64,000 bases of DNA from Sphaerodactylus townsendi (lineage: Eukaryota): positions 100,688,001 through 100,752,000 of the forward strand of contig NC_059429.1 of NCBI RefSeq assembly GCF_021028975.2, given 5' to 3'. The position numbers and the translations under genes are program-made. A model generated the notes under the pieces. That model saw only the letters and a list, made by a program, of their open reading frames with translations, did no database searches and was not told the origin of the DNA. Shown here piece after piece: positions 14,001-27,252 of the stretch (positions are counted from its first letter, which is position 1; every line of letters starts with the position of its first letter).

Positions 14001-14593
14001 TCCCTTCCTAAGCCTCTTCTAAGGCCTTAGTGAGTTGTTATGCGGGGGGGGGGCAGCAATGGGCCGGCGGATGAAAAACAAACCTGCTTCCTGTGGCTGG
14101 GACTAGGAGGGACACAGGCTGTTGAATTCGGCACTGGCAGGACTTCGAAGGCAAAAGCCGAGCCAGCTTCTTTTGCCACGTGCCTGCTGCTGCCGCTGCT
14201 TGCTTCCTCCCGGGCCTTCTCTCACCTCTCCTTCCCTTATGCGCTGCTACAGTCACTCAGCAGGGGAGGAGGTTTGTGCAACCTCCGACCACATGCGCTG
14301 AGAGAAGGAGAAGGAGGCAAGGCACGCTGGGTCAAAGGGAGGCGGAGCTTCCCCGCCCTTCGACTCTGGTGGCTTGTCTGAATGGTGGGACTGGCCCAGA
14401 GAGGCTACCGTCCAGTGTGGGCGTGGCTAAGGCAGGCTGCCGACTGCTATGTGCTTGGCTTCACATGATCTGGTGCAGTCTGGGGAGGTGGGGGAGGGGC
14501 CCGCCGCCCGACATTTTGGCGCCCCCCACGTGACCGCCATTGTTGCGCCCGGGGACAAGGGGTACCCCTCGTCCCTATGGAGAAACGCCACTG
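11010..14593. mobile_element. 3.6 kb non-autonomous hAT-type DNA transposon carrying cargo
   Basis: perfect 8-bp TSD cctagcat (11002-11009, 14594-14601); imperfect TIR CAGAGGTGT / CAGTGGCGT; subterminal motifs gcccggggacaa and tttggcgcccc at both ends; no transposase ORF. Confidence 0.85.
12931..14110 (+). repeat. GC-rich tandem array, ~3.3 copies of a ~350-400 bp unit
   Basis: unit starts aaaactaaacaaacc at 12931, 13335, 13728 and partially ~14074; each full unit has gaggtcgAATAAAgcctcc. Confidence 0.95.
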
Positions 14594-17324
14594 CCTAGCA
14601 TGATTCACTTATTGCTGCTGAGTCTTCTATTGAATGTTACACGGCATAGAAGAGTAGATGACTTGCGTGAGCCGATATTAACACATATTAGAGAATATAC
14701 ATATGAATCTTTTCTCTGTTGTACCAGCCAAACACATATAACAAGCAAGGTCCTATTACAATTTAATTTGAAGCGAAGGAACTTAATGGGTTTTTAGAAA
14801 TGGGAGAAACCTAACCTCTCTGACCTGTTTTCTCCAAGTGCAGCCCTGCAATGCTTTCACTGCATCCTCAGCAGCAGGGAGGTACCTGCTGTTCATAGTT
14901 AGCATAAATGTCCATAAATTGGGTGGTTTCGTTAATTTAAGGGCAGTGAGTGAGCAGGCATTTTGGTAAGCACAGAATGTCTGAGTTGCGCTACCCAGCC
15001 CCTACCATTACCATCTTTGACTCTCTGCACAGATGGCTAAGATCTCTGATAGGCTATAGAGTGAAATTAAGCTACAGTTAACTGAGTGCAAATTTGGTGG
15101 ACCCAAGCCATTAGTAACATGCAGTGAGAAATCAGATACTTCATTTATTTAAATAGTTATGACATAGTGCTAATGTCCCTAATTTAGAGGACTGGGAGCA
15201 TTGTATTAGCATTTGTGATCACCCTGCAGTATAACTTTATGGCACGCTTCATCTCATGCTGGCAGTTGATAGCATGTACACAGTGGGGAAAGAGGCTTTG
15301 TTGTGCAGTAAACATAGCTGCCATCCGACGCTAAGTATAATACTATCCCAGAGCAAATACAGGTCCACTGTTTCCCAGAAATCTTTCAAGATTACGGTGG
15401 TGCTAAACTTGCAGGGTGCCCTAATCTATCTGTCAGTATCTGGTTGTACTGTAATGTGAATTTCCTGCCTGCTGCTGAATGTATGCAGTGGGGTTTGAGA
15501 TGCAAAATTTGCATCAGACTCCAACAATCATTGTAATCTCTTAGTTCAGTTATTATATCAATGCAATAGCTTATGGAGAAATTGTAAACTGAAGCCGCTT
15601 TAGTTTGAGTGCGCCTGCATTTCAGCATTCCTGAGAAGACTCATTAGGGTTATAATAAAGAAGTTTTGAATAATAACCCACTTGCTGATATTGTACTCTA
15701 GAGATACCATTATTAGGTTTTCATGGTACCCCTCCCCCAAATGCCCATTATCACCCGGAATAGCATCTGCACTGAACGGCTGTTATGCATAAATGCAGTG
15801 GATATGCCCAATTATTATCTGATTAGAATAATCATTTCCTCTTCAGCTATCTGAACTGTCAGGTGCCAGTGAGCATGGGAAATGGGGCTTCTAAAATTGG
15901 CTTACCGTTCTCTGGAGTGTTGTAGGAGTTTAGAGCTTTTTTCTAATTGGGCCATGTGGTTAACTTGTGTCCAAAGGCACACACTCTTGTTCCTCTTCAC
16001 GGGCTGGTTTTCCTTGTTATTTATCTGTCTTCCATATGGCTGTGCAGGAGTACCAGAATAAAGAGATTCTGTATTGTTTTTACTTCACATTTACTTGCCA
16101 TTGTCAATGTAAAGCTTTTCTGTTCTTAAAGAAACATACAGATATATCTGTAGGTGTGAGTTTATCTGCTGCAAGGAGAGGTCTAATCTCCTTATTGCTG
16201 AATTGACACACGTGCAGTCTATGGCTTCAAGTCCTCTCACCCCCCCCCCCCCAGTCTCCATTCCCCCCCCCCCCCCCGTGTTCATCTGTTCAAATATTTG
16301 TTGGAACCTTTTTTAAAAAAAAGATCTCTTAAGCTTAACAAATCTGTTTTGGGAAGAGTTGGAAGTGGGTTCATGACTGGCCCGCAGGCCAGCTAGTCCA
16401 CATTATTCACAGGCATACTTTAAGGAGGCCAGTGCGAGTGAGTATGTGTATGACCATGATTAACACAAGGACTAGGCGCTGATTTTTGTTCAAGTCCATC
16501 TTTTGCTGTGAAGGAGGAGTGCAGGTTACTGTTGAGCTCATCTAGAGATGCAATATTATGCATGCCCACAACAGGCATCGTTAAAAGTTATGTACATCTG
16601 TATGCATCCTTGGAGCAAAGATGGTATTCAGAATGTTAACCGCAAGGGTACTCCCTGATTCATGTATCTTCCTAGACAAGGAATTATGCCATAGACTTCC
16701 TTGGCATCAGCATGTTACTGGAATCCCCTAATTATGACAGATGCTGCAATTTGACCTTTAGTTCATAATGTGCAGGCAGAGTTGTTGGAAGTATACTAAC
16801 CTCTAGATGTGTATGTGTGAGTGACTGAAAGAGAGAGAGAAGTACCCTCAAGTTGCAGCTGACCTATGGCAACTCCATAAGGTTTTGAAAGCAATTGTTA
16901 AGCACAGGTGGTTTGCCATTTTCTTCTTCTGTGAAGTCTTCCATGGTGGTCTCCCATCCAAGTGGTCTCCCTGCTTAGCTTACAAGATCTGGTGAGGTCG
17001 ACCTAGTCCACATTCTGGCCTCTGGATGACTTAATTCCCCTCTTTGTGGACTGATCACAGAGCTGGCTTGCTGAAGATGATTAATTTGGCCTCTGTCTGC
17101 CTGAAATGGAATTAATTGCACAGTTGAACCTATCATATCCAAGGCTCAGGGACACTTTGCATTTGTGGACTAGGATCTGCTTTGAAGTCACTTGCCCTTA
17201 GGCGCAACACAGATGCCAGAAAATATTGTTTTATTATCACAGTATAAAACAATAGCATTTTCAAAAATTAAGACATATCCAAGCCTCACAAAAACTGATA
17301 AAACAAACTTTTGGACAACAAAAA

Positions 17325-17790
17325 GAAGAAGCAGGTTTGTAATTTAGGGGTGCTGCTAGATCCTGGCCCACTCTTGGCGCCCAGTTATACTATGTGGCTG
17401 ATAATCTACCAGTGCTTTTTCTTCAAAAAACATAGCCTGGCCACAGTAATGTGCACTCTGATCACCTCCAGGATAGTTTACTGTGATATTTCAAAGGCAT
17501 GGGTCTGTCTTTGTAAGCTGTTCAGAAACTTCAGTTGGTCCAGAATTTAGCAACTGGGTTATTGTCAGGGGCTGGATGCAGAGATCGGATCATCGTGGCT
17601 ACCCATCTGTTTCTTGGCACAATTCAAACTGCTGGTTCTTGCCTATGAGGGTCTAAATGGCTTAGGGCCAGGGTACTTTGAAGGACCTCTCCCTCCCAAA
17701 CTGTTCACCCTGTCCCCTGAGATCCTCTTCTCAACCCCTGCTCTCTGTGCTATGGCCTGCAGAGGTGACATTGGTAGCAACCAGAAACAG
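17325..17790 (+). mobile_element. L2 LINE 3' fragment
   Basis: QVCNLGVLLDP, LATVMCTLITSRIVYC, QFKLLVLAYEGLNGLGPGY are typical L2 ORF2 C-terminal motifs; frameshifted. Confidence 0.8.
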
Positions 17791-18277
17791 GGTCTGAATC
17801 CCCCACTCTACCATGATCTTGGGTCAGTCACACACTCTCAGCCTAGCTTACCTCACAGGGTTGTTGTAAGGATAACATGGAGAAAAGAAGAACAATGTTG
17901 TGGCCCATGTTGGATCCCTACTGGAGAGAAAAGCAGGACAAATATACATATATAGTTTAATAAATGCATATTAAATAATACGTGTATTATAAAAACAAAA
18001 GAAGGCATCACAGATGGTCCTTTTTCAAAGTGCCAGTGAGTGGACAGATCACGCTGAGAAGAGAAATTCAGCAGTAGTGAATTCTGTAAGAACTCTCTAT
18101 TCCCATTCTACCTCCCAGCATTCCCATCAGAAAGGAAAGGAACCCACCTATCCTCTATCAGAGCAGATGACAGGTGAAAAAGTGCTGAGCAATTTCCTGT
18201 CACCAGATTCAGATGTTGTGCCCAGAACCTTTGATTTGGTTGGGTTCCCTGACACAGTGGCTGGTTTGGTCTTGCAG

Positions 18278-18529
18278 CTGGAATCCAAGGGTGGGAAAGG
18301 CCTGACGGATCGAGCCCTCCCTGACTGGAAAGCAGCTCTGAAGCGGGAGCGGGAAGAGCACCAGCACCTCCTGGCTGAGTCCTACAGTGCTGTCATGGAC
18401 CTGACCAAACAGCTGCAAATCAGTGAGAAGAACTGGGACCAGGAGAAGCTGGAGCTCTTGGGCCACTTCAAGATTGAGCAACAAGCAGCAGAACAGGAAG
18501 TGAGGGAGCTGCAGAACAAACTGAACCAG
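18278..18529 (+). CDS. MTCL2: MTCL2/SOGA1 coding exon (84 codons)
   Basis: ttgcag|CTGGAA...AACCAG|gtaggg; LKREREEHQHLLAESYSAVMDLTKQLQISEKNWDQEKLELL SOGA-family coiled coil; phase 0-0. Confidence 0.92.
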
Positions 18530-19058
18530 GTAGGGGCTGAGTTGGTGTTCTTAAATAATCTCTTTTTCTCTAAGTGCAGCTCTCTGTACTCAGACAAGTA
18601 TGAATATACCCTATATAAGTTCCAGAACTGATGCATGTTCCTTGCTATGAATGTAGATACATAGGGGAACCTGAGTTCCAGAATCTGTAACCATGTCTTA
18701 TATGGATGTTAGTACGTGTATATATATGAGGAAATCACTGCTTCCCCAAGTAAAGCAAACAAGGCAAACTATAGTAGACCTCCCTTGCATATAAATTGCT
18801 CCAGATAAATCCTGTGAAGCAAGGCATGCATGCAACAGAGGGCGGTGACCTCCCCAGCTCTGGACAAGTCACTGGTTCATACAGCCTGAGGGAAATTCCT
18901 TTTTGACTCCAAATATGGTGAAAACTTGACTGAGTCTTCCCAAGATAAATCATAGTGAGCTGTGTATCCTTGCTATGTAATGATCTTGATTCATTTTTCC
19001 CTGTGTAAAGAGTCTCCACTGCAAACATCATAGAGGTATGGTGAGACTCTCCTTGAAA

Positions 19059-19358
19059 GGCAGTGGCGTAGTGCCTAAGAGCAGGTGCACTCTGATCTGG
19101 AGGAACCGGGTTTGATTTCCAGCTCTGCCGCTTGAGTTGTAGAGGCTTATCTGGGGAATTCAGATTAGCCTGTACACTCCCACACACGCCAGCTAGGTGA
19201 CCTTGGGCTAGTCACAGCTTTTCAGAGCTCTCTCAGCCCCACCCACCTCACAGGGTGTTTGTTGTGAAGGGGGAAGGGCAAGGAGACTGTAAGCCTTTGA
19301 GTCTCCTGCAGGAGAGAAAGGGGGGATATAAATCCAAACTCTTCTTCTTCTTCTTCTT
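19059..19358 (+). mobile_element. tRNA-derived SINE (Squam3-like), (CTT)n tail
   Basis: A box tggcgtagtg, B box ggtttgatttcc, body ggtgaccttgggctagtcac, tail cttcttctt. Confidence 0.8.
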
Positions 19359-19779
19359 TGTAGTGAAAACATGTTCTTTGAGTTTTCCCACTATTGTCAA
19401 TGGCCATAACCAAATAGATCTACCTCCTCATGACCTACTGAACTCTTGTCTTTGCCAGCAGTTAATGCTTCATAGACACAACCTCAGCATGACCCACACC
19501 AAGCTAGATATTTGCCTCTAACCATCAGTATTGTATTAGGAGATTGATTTCCTTTTAGAACAGTAAGCACGCCAGTGATGTGTGAGGTCCTGCAAAGGGA
19601 CACATTTGTTATTCTGCTAATGTTGTCATGCCAGTGCCTGCATGTTGTTAGGATTTGTTATATGCCCACTGGAAACTGAAACAAATAAATTACCATCCAA
19701 GGCAATGACATGCTGAGGACAGTAGGATTTTTATGTACAAGCCAAACTTTCAGATTACTTTGTATGCATCCTCTGTCAG

Positions 19780-19851
19780 CTGCAGAAAGGAGCTGACCGA
19801 TGGGCTTTGAAAAATTCAGAGATGGAAAACCATGGCGCTAGCTGGAAAGAG
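19780..19851 (+). CDS. MTCL2: MTCL2/SOGA1 coding exon (24 codons)
   Basis: ctgtcag|CTGCAG...AAAGAG|gtaaga; LQKGADRWALKNSEMENHGASWKE; phase 0-0. Confidence 0.8.
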
Positions 19852-20319
19852 GTAAGAGGAATGGCTTATTCTCTATTACAAGATCTGGGAGAGGATAAAC
19901 TTGGGCGTTTGCCACTGAACCTGTGAAATAAAATCATATCTCAGAAGAGTTAGAGGGAAATGTAGAATTGCACTGGAAACAAATCCTAGAGATGGTCAGT
20001 ACCTTTTGGGCTATCTGATACAGCCTGTGTGGGACACAGAAATATTAATAAATAAATGCATTTTCTATGACAGGGACTCTGTGGTTTAACAGCTGTGGTA
20101 TAGACAAAAATCCTGGAAAAAGCTGTGCCCACTGAATTTCTGTCTGCAATGTAATTGCTTAAGACTTTCTATCAGGAAGGCCTGTAAAGAGGTCAAAGAG
20201 CTAGCCAGTAGAGCAGTAACAACCACATTCTGATGTCAGCAGAAACTCAAACATCAGACAGGTGTCTTCACCTTGTTCATGATCACCATCAATCAAATCC
20301 CAATCACTGGGCAACCCAC

Positions 20320-20960
20320 TTGCTGAACGCATCCTGATCAGTGGACAGCACGCTTGCTGAACCCAGTGCACACCTTCCCCCAATCCAGTTCTGGGGGAAC
20401 CAGAAGCAGCAAGTCAGTGGGAGCCAACTGGGTACTGGCCCTAAGTGGATCTTCCTTTATTGCCAAAGGGCGCTGGCCATCCATCAGCCCCCACCAGGGC
20501 ATGCAACAATGAGGCCAATCCCATCTTTAAGGTCTTTAGAAGAGGCCCCAGTAATGGGGAGGCAGGCACGCCGACTCCAACCCCCCAAAAGTATCAGTCC
20601 CCATGCACAAACCACCAAGTTGTGATGGGATAGAGGAATAATAATTCAAATGCCTGTAACAATTTTTTAAAACTCAACTCAACCATGCACTAGATGGAGG
20701 GAAGGTGGGGAATGCCATCAAGCACTGGGAGAGGAGACAGAAGTGCTGCCTTCCCCGGCCATATATGACCCTGCATTCTCTGGCTCCACCCCCAGTCCAC
20801 CTTATTGTCCCACACCAGATACCTTTCTCCGGCCTTGCCCTCTGGGCACCATGCAACTCACGGAGATGGCTCTTAATTTCCCCACTCCCAGGGCAGCAAT
20901 GGTGTCATGGGGCAAGTCCCATGCCTCGCTTTGCTGCCCAAGGAATGGAGGGTGGCTACT
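20320..20960 (+). mobile_element. decayed DIRS/Ngaro-like fragment (SGNH-like ORF)
   Basis: RILISG, GSQLG and LAIH...N in the order expected for the SGNH ORF of vertebrate tyrosine-recombinase retroelements; heavily degraded. Confidence 0.3.
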
Positions 20961-21387
20961 GGTCTGCAAAATAAATAACCTAACCTTTTTGTGGCTAAAC
21001 CTCCACCAAAAGAATACTGTAGCACAGGGCCTTCTAGTGAATTTTTGGTAGTGATGAAAACAGCAAGGTCTGTCTGAGTGAGCTATTTTTGGAGAATGGG
21101 GTGCTTTATGTACTCTGGACCTAAACCAGTTGAAGGTCGAAACTGGCATTTTGAATAGGATCCAGAAACAACTGGAAGCTAGTGAAAACTGAAGCAAAGT
21201 TATCCCCTGTGTGTGCAGCTGCAATCACAGTTGCCAAGAACTTTTCCAAGACCGCCCTATGTACAGTAGTCCAGTCTGGAAGGTACTAAGGTATCTGTAA
21301 CTATTGCCAAGTCTAAACTGAGACCTGAGTGTACAAAAAATGGAACAAACCACAAATGATGATAAAACTCTCTTAACATTCTTTCAG

Positions 21388-21458
21388 ACACTCAATGAGA
21401 AGATAACTGACAAAGAAACTGTTTCTGAAACAGACATCAAAGGAAGTAATCTAAAAAG
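21388..21458 (+). CDS. MTCL2: MTCL2/SOGA1 coding exon (71 nt)
   Basis: ctttcag|ACACTC...AAAAG|gtgaga; phase 0-2; split codon AG|G gives NLKRTKSVSSMSEF across the junction with the next exon. Confidence 0.85.
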
Positions 21459-22822
21459 GTGAGAGGCATGAAGTGCTTTTTGCATAGCTCCAGGGGTTGG
21501 GTTATTTCTCTCAGTTCTTCAGCATCTGGAAATAGGTAGCATTCTTCTCTCCTCACGCCCCTATCTGATAATTAGGAAGAAAAGCATGCCCATCACTAGG
21601 AAGCAACACCACTGGTTTCCTTTGAGCACTCTAGAAATTGCAATTGGCCTTACAGGACACCGTGACAGGTTTAGCCTAGCTTTTCAGCTGGCTGGATAAC
21701 ACAAAATGACAGATTTTTCCCATGCAGGCCAAGTTGCTGGGGCTATGTCATTTGCCTTCTGTGAGTGTAAATGTTCACTGTGTGACTCTCTTGCTGACTT
21801 CCACTAGACTAGTGTCTTCCTCTTCTGAGTGTCTCTTAGACAAATGATGCTGGGAAAACCAATGTTTTTAATCTACTTTCTCAGTGAAAATGCAAAACAT
21901 GTCTAATAATGCTTGTTGTCTTGTTTAATTTTTCCATTGGCTTCCATTGTGGTCTCTGAAGCTGTTTATTTGGGGAAAAATTAAAAGGCATGGGGTTATC
22001 CCAGCTGCTCTTTAGCAAAAGTCTATCACATAACCTTTGTGTATTGAAAGCTGAAATGGAGGTGGGAATGGTTGAACTTCAAGCAAAAATTTGTTAGTAA
22101 ATCCAGGATAGTTACTATCCTCTGGTTTTATAAACAAAATCATACTCTCCATGATAAGAGTAACCGGGGGAAGGTGGTGGTGGTAACATTGCACATAGCC
22201 TTCTATTGTGAGCATGAACCTCCTTATCCATGGTGTGTGGAAGTCTAGCAGCTTTTCTGAGGAAAAGGAGACAGGAGAGTCCCCTTTTGATTGTAAGGGA
22301 TTATGGGACCTACTTGTAGGAATGGAGGAGCAAGTGAAGAGGGAAATTGAATGAGATGAGCAGAAAAGCTGGTTGCATCTAGTCCATTGTCCTTAACCAC
22401 AACGATGGCAAGTGTCCTTTTTCACTGTTCCCAGCATTATTTTTCCTACTTATATTTTTGGCCATTATGGAATAAAACAAAAGGCAGAAGACAAGAGTCT
22501 TTAATATCTGAATAGTTAATGCAGATATAGTAGCAGATGTTCCAGGTCCATGCCACAGTCTGGCCTATGGTTAGCTTGAGCTTTGCAGAAGTCATGGCTT
22601 CTACTATCTTTCAGCTTTTCCCTCATGCATGTAAGGCAGTCAGAAAAAGAATGACAAAATTGGCCCTTACAGAGAAACATGGAAGCAGGAAAGTGGGTAT
22701 ACAGCCTAGCAGTGGAAATGGGCCTTCTGTTTAGAGAGATATGAGTCAGAAGCCAGAAATAATCCACTTTTCAAAACTGTTATGAAGATTTGCTGTACTC
22801 ATTCCTTTCTTGTCTCCTCCAG

Positions 22823-24272
22823 GACAAAGTCAGTTTCCTCAATGTCTGAATTTGAAAGTTTGCTCGACTGTTCACCTTACCTTTCTGGCAAGACCAGCCC
22901 TGTGGTCACAGATAATACCAACATCAAAAAAGGGTCTTCACCTGCTCAGATGGTGACTGACACATTAAATGACACTGTAGGGGTCGCCCCCAAGAACTGT
23001 GCTTATGTGAATAGTGAGCAACCCACATCTGAGAACCAGGCCACAGAGGACCTGGCCGCCTCATCATGTGACTGCACCAAGGCCGACATCTTGTCCGTGC
23101 AGGATCAGTCCCAGAAACAAATACAGAGGAGCCACACAGCCCCAGACAAGACTGGGATCCGTATTTACTATAGCCCCCCAGTGGTGAGGAGGTTGGAAAC
23201 GCCTCTGGTGCACAACAGAGAGAGGAAAATCATGGTTGAGCCTGGCTTCTTATTCACAATGGCTAAACCCAAGGAGGAGTCAGACAACTCAGAAAACATG
23301 TACAGCAGATGGCTGTGCAACTTCTCCAAGCAACATCGTGAGCTGCTTGATGGTGGTACTGTTAGCAAGAAAACTGTGGCTCCTGTCCCCAGATTTCCAT
23401 CCTCCCTGCATGACCTGGAGATCTCTGGAAACATGAGTGATGACATGAAGGAGATCACCAATTGTGTCCGTCAAGCTATCCGTTCCAGCTCTCTGGAGAG
23501 AAAGGTGAAGAGCACTTCCAGCCAGACAGTGGGACTGACCAGCGTCGGCACTCAGACCATCCAGACTGTCAGCATTGGTCTACAAACAGACATGCCCAGA
23601 GGCAGCATCCACAGCAGCAAAAGCTGGTCCCCTCGAAGCTCTTCACTCATGTCTATGCGCAGCAAGCAGATTTCCTCATCTCTGGACAAAGTCCATTCCA
23701 GGATTGAACGGCCCTGTTGCTCCCCCAAGTATGGCTCCCCCAAACTCCAGAGAAGATCATCTTCTAAGCTGGACAACTCTAAGGATCGAAGCCTGTGGAA
23801 CCTCCACCAGAGTAAGCAAAATGGGTCCGCTTGGGCTCGGTCCACGACCACCAGAGATAGTCCAGTCCTCAGCAATATTAACGATGGCCTGTCCAGCTTG
23901 TTCAATGTTGTGGAGCATTCTGGGAGTACCGAATCCATCTGGAAGCCAGGGTGCCAGGAAAGCAAAGCCAAGCCAGAGGCACCCAAATACGGAATAGTGC
24001 AGGAGTTCTTCCGGAATGTGTGTGGCAGAACTCAGAGCCCCACTTTCGTTCCTGAGAAGAAGGATCCCACAGGAGTAGAAAGCAGCAGCAAGAAGCCAGA
24101 TCACCCATCTTTAGCTGTGCCCCAGCAGTCTGAAACCACCCCCAAGACCCTTGACAAAAAACCCTTAAAGCAAGGTTGCATTGAGGAACCAAAGCTGTCC
24201 ACCTTGAGCCAAGGAGGCAAGGACAGAGCCTTAAGGGAGCCAGACATCATCTCTGCTACTATTGCCAATGAG
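22823..24272 (+). CDS. MTCL2: MTCL2/SOGA1 large penultimate coding exon (1450 nt)
   Basis: ctccag|GACAAAG...AATGAG|gtaatg, inside the 511-aa ORF; family motifs RTKSVSSMSEFESLLDCSPYL, DKTGIRIYYSPPV, NMSDDMKEITNCVRQAIRSSSLERK, SAWARSTTTRDSPVL. Confidence 0.95.
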
Positions 24273-25318
24273 GTAATGTTTTGTGTTCCCAGAAATGATG
24301 TACTAGCTGAGATCTGACCAGCCCTGAAGGTCCATCTGTGGGCTAAAGCGTAGGATAGGATAGGATGCCTTCCATCTGCTAACAACTTGAGGGGCCAAAG
24401 ACGTCAAGAACATCCAGTGTTTTGGGATGTGATTACAACTTAGACTCTAAATCCACATCGTCGTTATCTGGCTGGTCCAGGGCGGGGGAGAGGGTCCTCT
24501 CAGTATTGGGCAAGGGACCTGATAAATTGTACACATTTTTTGGCAGTCACTCACTTGAAGCTGTGTAACAAGGAAGCTGCAGGCAGATTGCACAAATGGC
24601 TTGAATATGTTGTAAATCAAAAGGGCACTGACAGCAGTCATATGATATAGCGCTTAGAGTGTCAGTGTGGGATCTGGAAGACCCAGGTTTGAATCCCAAC
24701 CCTGCCATGAAAACTTGCTAGGTAACCTTGGACTAGCCACACATTTTTGAACCGAATGTATCTCACTGGGTTCTTTGGAGGATTAAACGGAGAAGAGAAT
24801 AATGGTGAAAACTGCTTTTGGTCCCCACCGGGGAGAATGGTGGGGTATAAATAAAGCAGGTAAATATAAAACAGACTGGATCTTAAACCTTAATTTGGAA
24901 GTCATGCTTACTATGCCCCAGTACCAGTGGTGGTGGGGGTGACTGTAGAAAGTGCTGTCATCACAGCTAACTTATGGACCCCAAGAGAGCTTTTTTGACA
25001 AGAGACAAACATAGGTGGTTGGCCATTGCCTTCCTCTGCAAAGCAACCATAAAAGTGGTTGTTGTTATTTTTTAGCATTTACTCCATACAGGTTCAAAGT
25101 GAATCCCCTCAGTGTAACATTCCTGTGAGGTAGGCCTCAATAGTTGCTCCATATTGCCATGGGGTGGGTGAGGTTTGAAGGCTTGTCTCAAGGACACCTA
25201 GGGATGGAGGTGGGTTTTGCATGGGGAACTGATTCCCACCCAACACCAGATCTCTGTTAGTGTCTTTCCTCTGCAAACCATCCCTTTTCACTGTGCCACT
25301 TTTCCCTTCTCTTTGCAG

Positions 25319-25468
25319 GATGTTGCCTGTGACTGCAGCTCCCAGTCGCTGACCTCTTGTTTTGCTCGGCCCTCGCGCTCAGCTGTCCGCCACTCTCCTT
25401 CCAAGTGCAAGTTGCACCCCAGTGACAGCAGCCGGGCGGAGGAGAGGGCAGGGCCGCTGAGTGAGTGA
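25319..25468 (+). CDS. MTCL2: MTCL2/SOGA1 terminal coding exon (49 aa + TGA)
   Basis: long pyrimidine tract then ttgcag|GATGTT; DVACDCSSQSLTSCFARPSRSAVRHSPSKCKLHP...PLSE*. Confidence 0.9.
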   Translation, partial: DVACDCSSQSLTSCFARPSRSAVRHSPSKCKLHPSDSSRAEERAGPLSE

Positions 25469-27252
25469 AAGGGGCTGTGCTGGCTGCTGTGCTGATGGAA
25501 GAGCAACTCCTCCCTGAACCTGCCGGTCCCTTTGGCAACTCGAGGACCAGCCACAGCAGAGATCCTGAGGGGCTCCACCCTTAGATGCTCAGAGCAGTAA
25601 CGCACAGCTCCTGTCTGTCCTTAGCAGGGGTTCTTGTGAACACAGAAGCTGTGCTATAGAGCCAGGGGACAGAGTGGGAGTTTTGCTGGGATGGGGTGGT
25701 TTTGTGTTCCTGGAAAACCTTCAGCCACACTCTACAGGAGAGGGGCATTGCTGGAGTTTAATGAAACACTCTGTGCCGTTTCTATGGCACACAGTGGGCA
25801 TATGTGGTATTGAGTGTGGCAGCTTTCTCCCGTGGTCACCAGTTTGAGGAGATTCATTCCCTTTCCCATGAAACAGGCATCAGTGAGAGGGGCCAAGAGT
25901 ATTTTGGAAAGCATCAAAGAAGCTGCCTTGGTCTAAAGGAAGGGGAAACAGTTCTTTACAAACAGTGCAGAACTGGTTTTGAGGGCTCTTCTCTTTTAGA
26001 AGTTTCCTGAGAACAGCTGTATGATAAAAGAATCCCCACAGAATGAGGCTCTTGTGTTATATAGAGGAAAATGTGGGATGGGGAGGGTTTATTTTGATAT
26101 CTTAGCTAAGGGGGAGTGGGGGGAAGCCACAGTAACATCACTGCTCTTGGGTGTTGGATTGTGCACAAGTAGGCTGGAAATGTGCCGGTTCTTCTATGGC
26201 CATGTTTGCATGGATAGTTTTTCTCGAGTTTGCTGAGCCAGTAGTGTCTGCACGGTGCCATCCATTCAGCCTGCACTGCAATTGGGTAGGGGTGATATCA
26301 GCTTCCATGTCTGTTCTTGATAAAGTGAGGATGCAGCATTGCACTATCATGTTTTTATCTGGTCGGCAAGTAACAACAATGCAGAGATGGCTTCTGTTGC
26401 CTTCCTACCTATCGCTGTGCATCAGACACCCTGTGGTTACTGAAGTGCGTCAGTAGAGCCAGTCTGTCCTCTTTAGACAGATGATTTCTATAGATCAAAA
26501 CATCTCCTTTATATGATCCACCTCTGCTTCCCTGGTTGGCTGGTCTGGGTGTGGTCGAGTCCAGAGAGGTCACAAAAAGGGGTATGTAAAGTATTTCTGT
26601 GTCTCTAAAACCAACCTCATTTCCACCTTGCCTTCACCAAGGGAAGATGTCACTGTTCCCAAAGAAAATCATACACCTCTTTTTAAAAATAATGTTTGAG
26701 AAGCTTTGTGATCAAGCTGGCCTCAAAGAATTATTAACTTTAAGGGAGAAATGGCAAGGACAGACCCAACAGTGTGAAAATTCACTTGGTTGGGAACAGA
26801 GAATAGAGAAGGTGCCACATTTCCAGACATGAAGAGGTGCCAAACATTCCAAATTCCTGGGAACTTCACATCTCATAGCAGGTTTTTTTTTCTGTGCCAC
26901 CTTCTCAAATTTGTTATGGAAAGCAGTCAATTTACATGCTGTTTGATGCTAATTAGTTCATGTGAATTAACCTTCACCCAGGCCAAAGAAATGGAAATCT
27001 ATGTTTCCTTGATCAGTGTGTGGCATCACCTGTTCTCATGGGCAATTCTCACAGCTGCAACAGACTCGCAGTTCCTCCTTGTTTTGCTGATGAATTATTG
27101 GTGGGAGTTTTGCTGACCCCACTAACGGATTTGTTATTTGGGATCTTTTAATGTTTCACCTGCTAGAACACTGTGCGTGTACAGGATTATGATCTGAAAA
27201 GGTAGGGCAGTGTCCGTGTCCTAGAGGTGTCATCTAGTGAGATATCATAGGC

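Noticed and set aside
12931-14110. Retrozyme or CRISPR-like array
   Set aside because: No CTGANGA hammerhead core found in the unit examined on either strand; no short repeat-spacer structure; eukaryotic context.
23168-24385. Antisense and alternate-frame ORFs over the large MTCL2 exon
   Set aside because: Shadow ORFs of a real coding exon.
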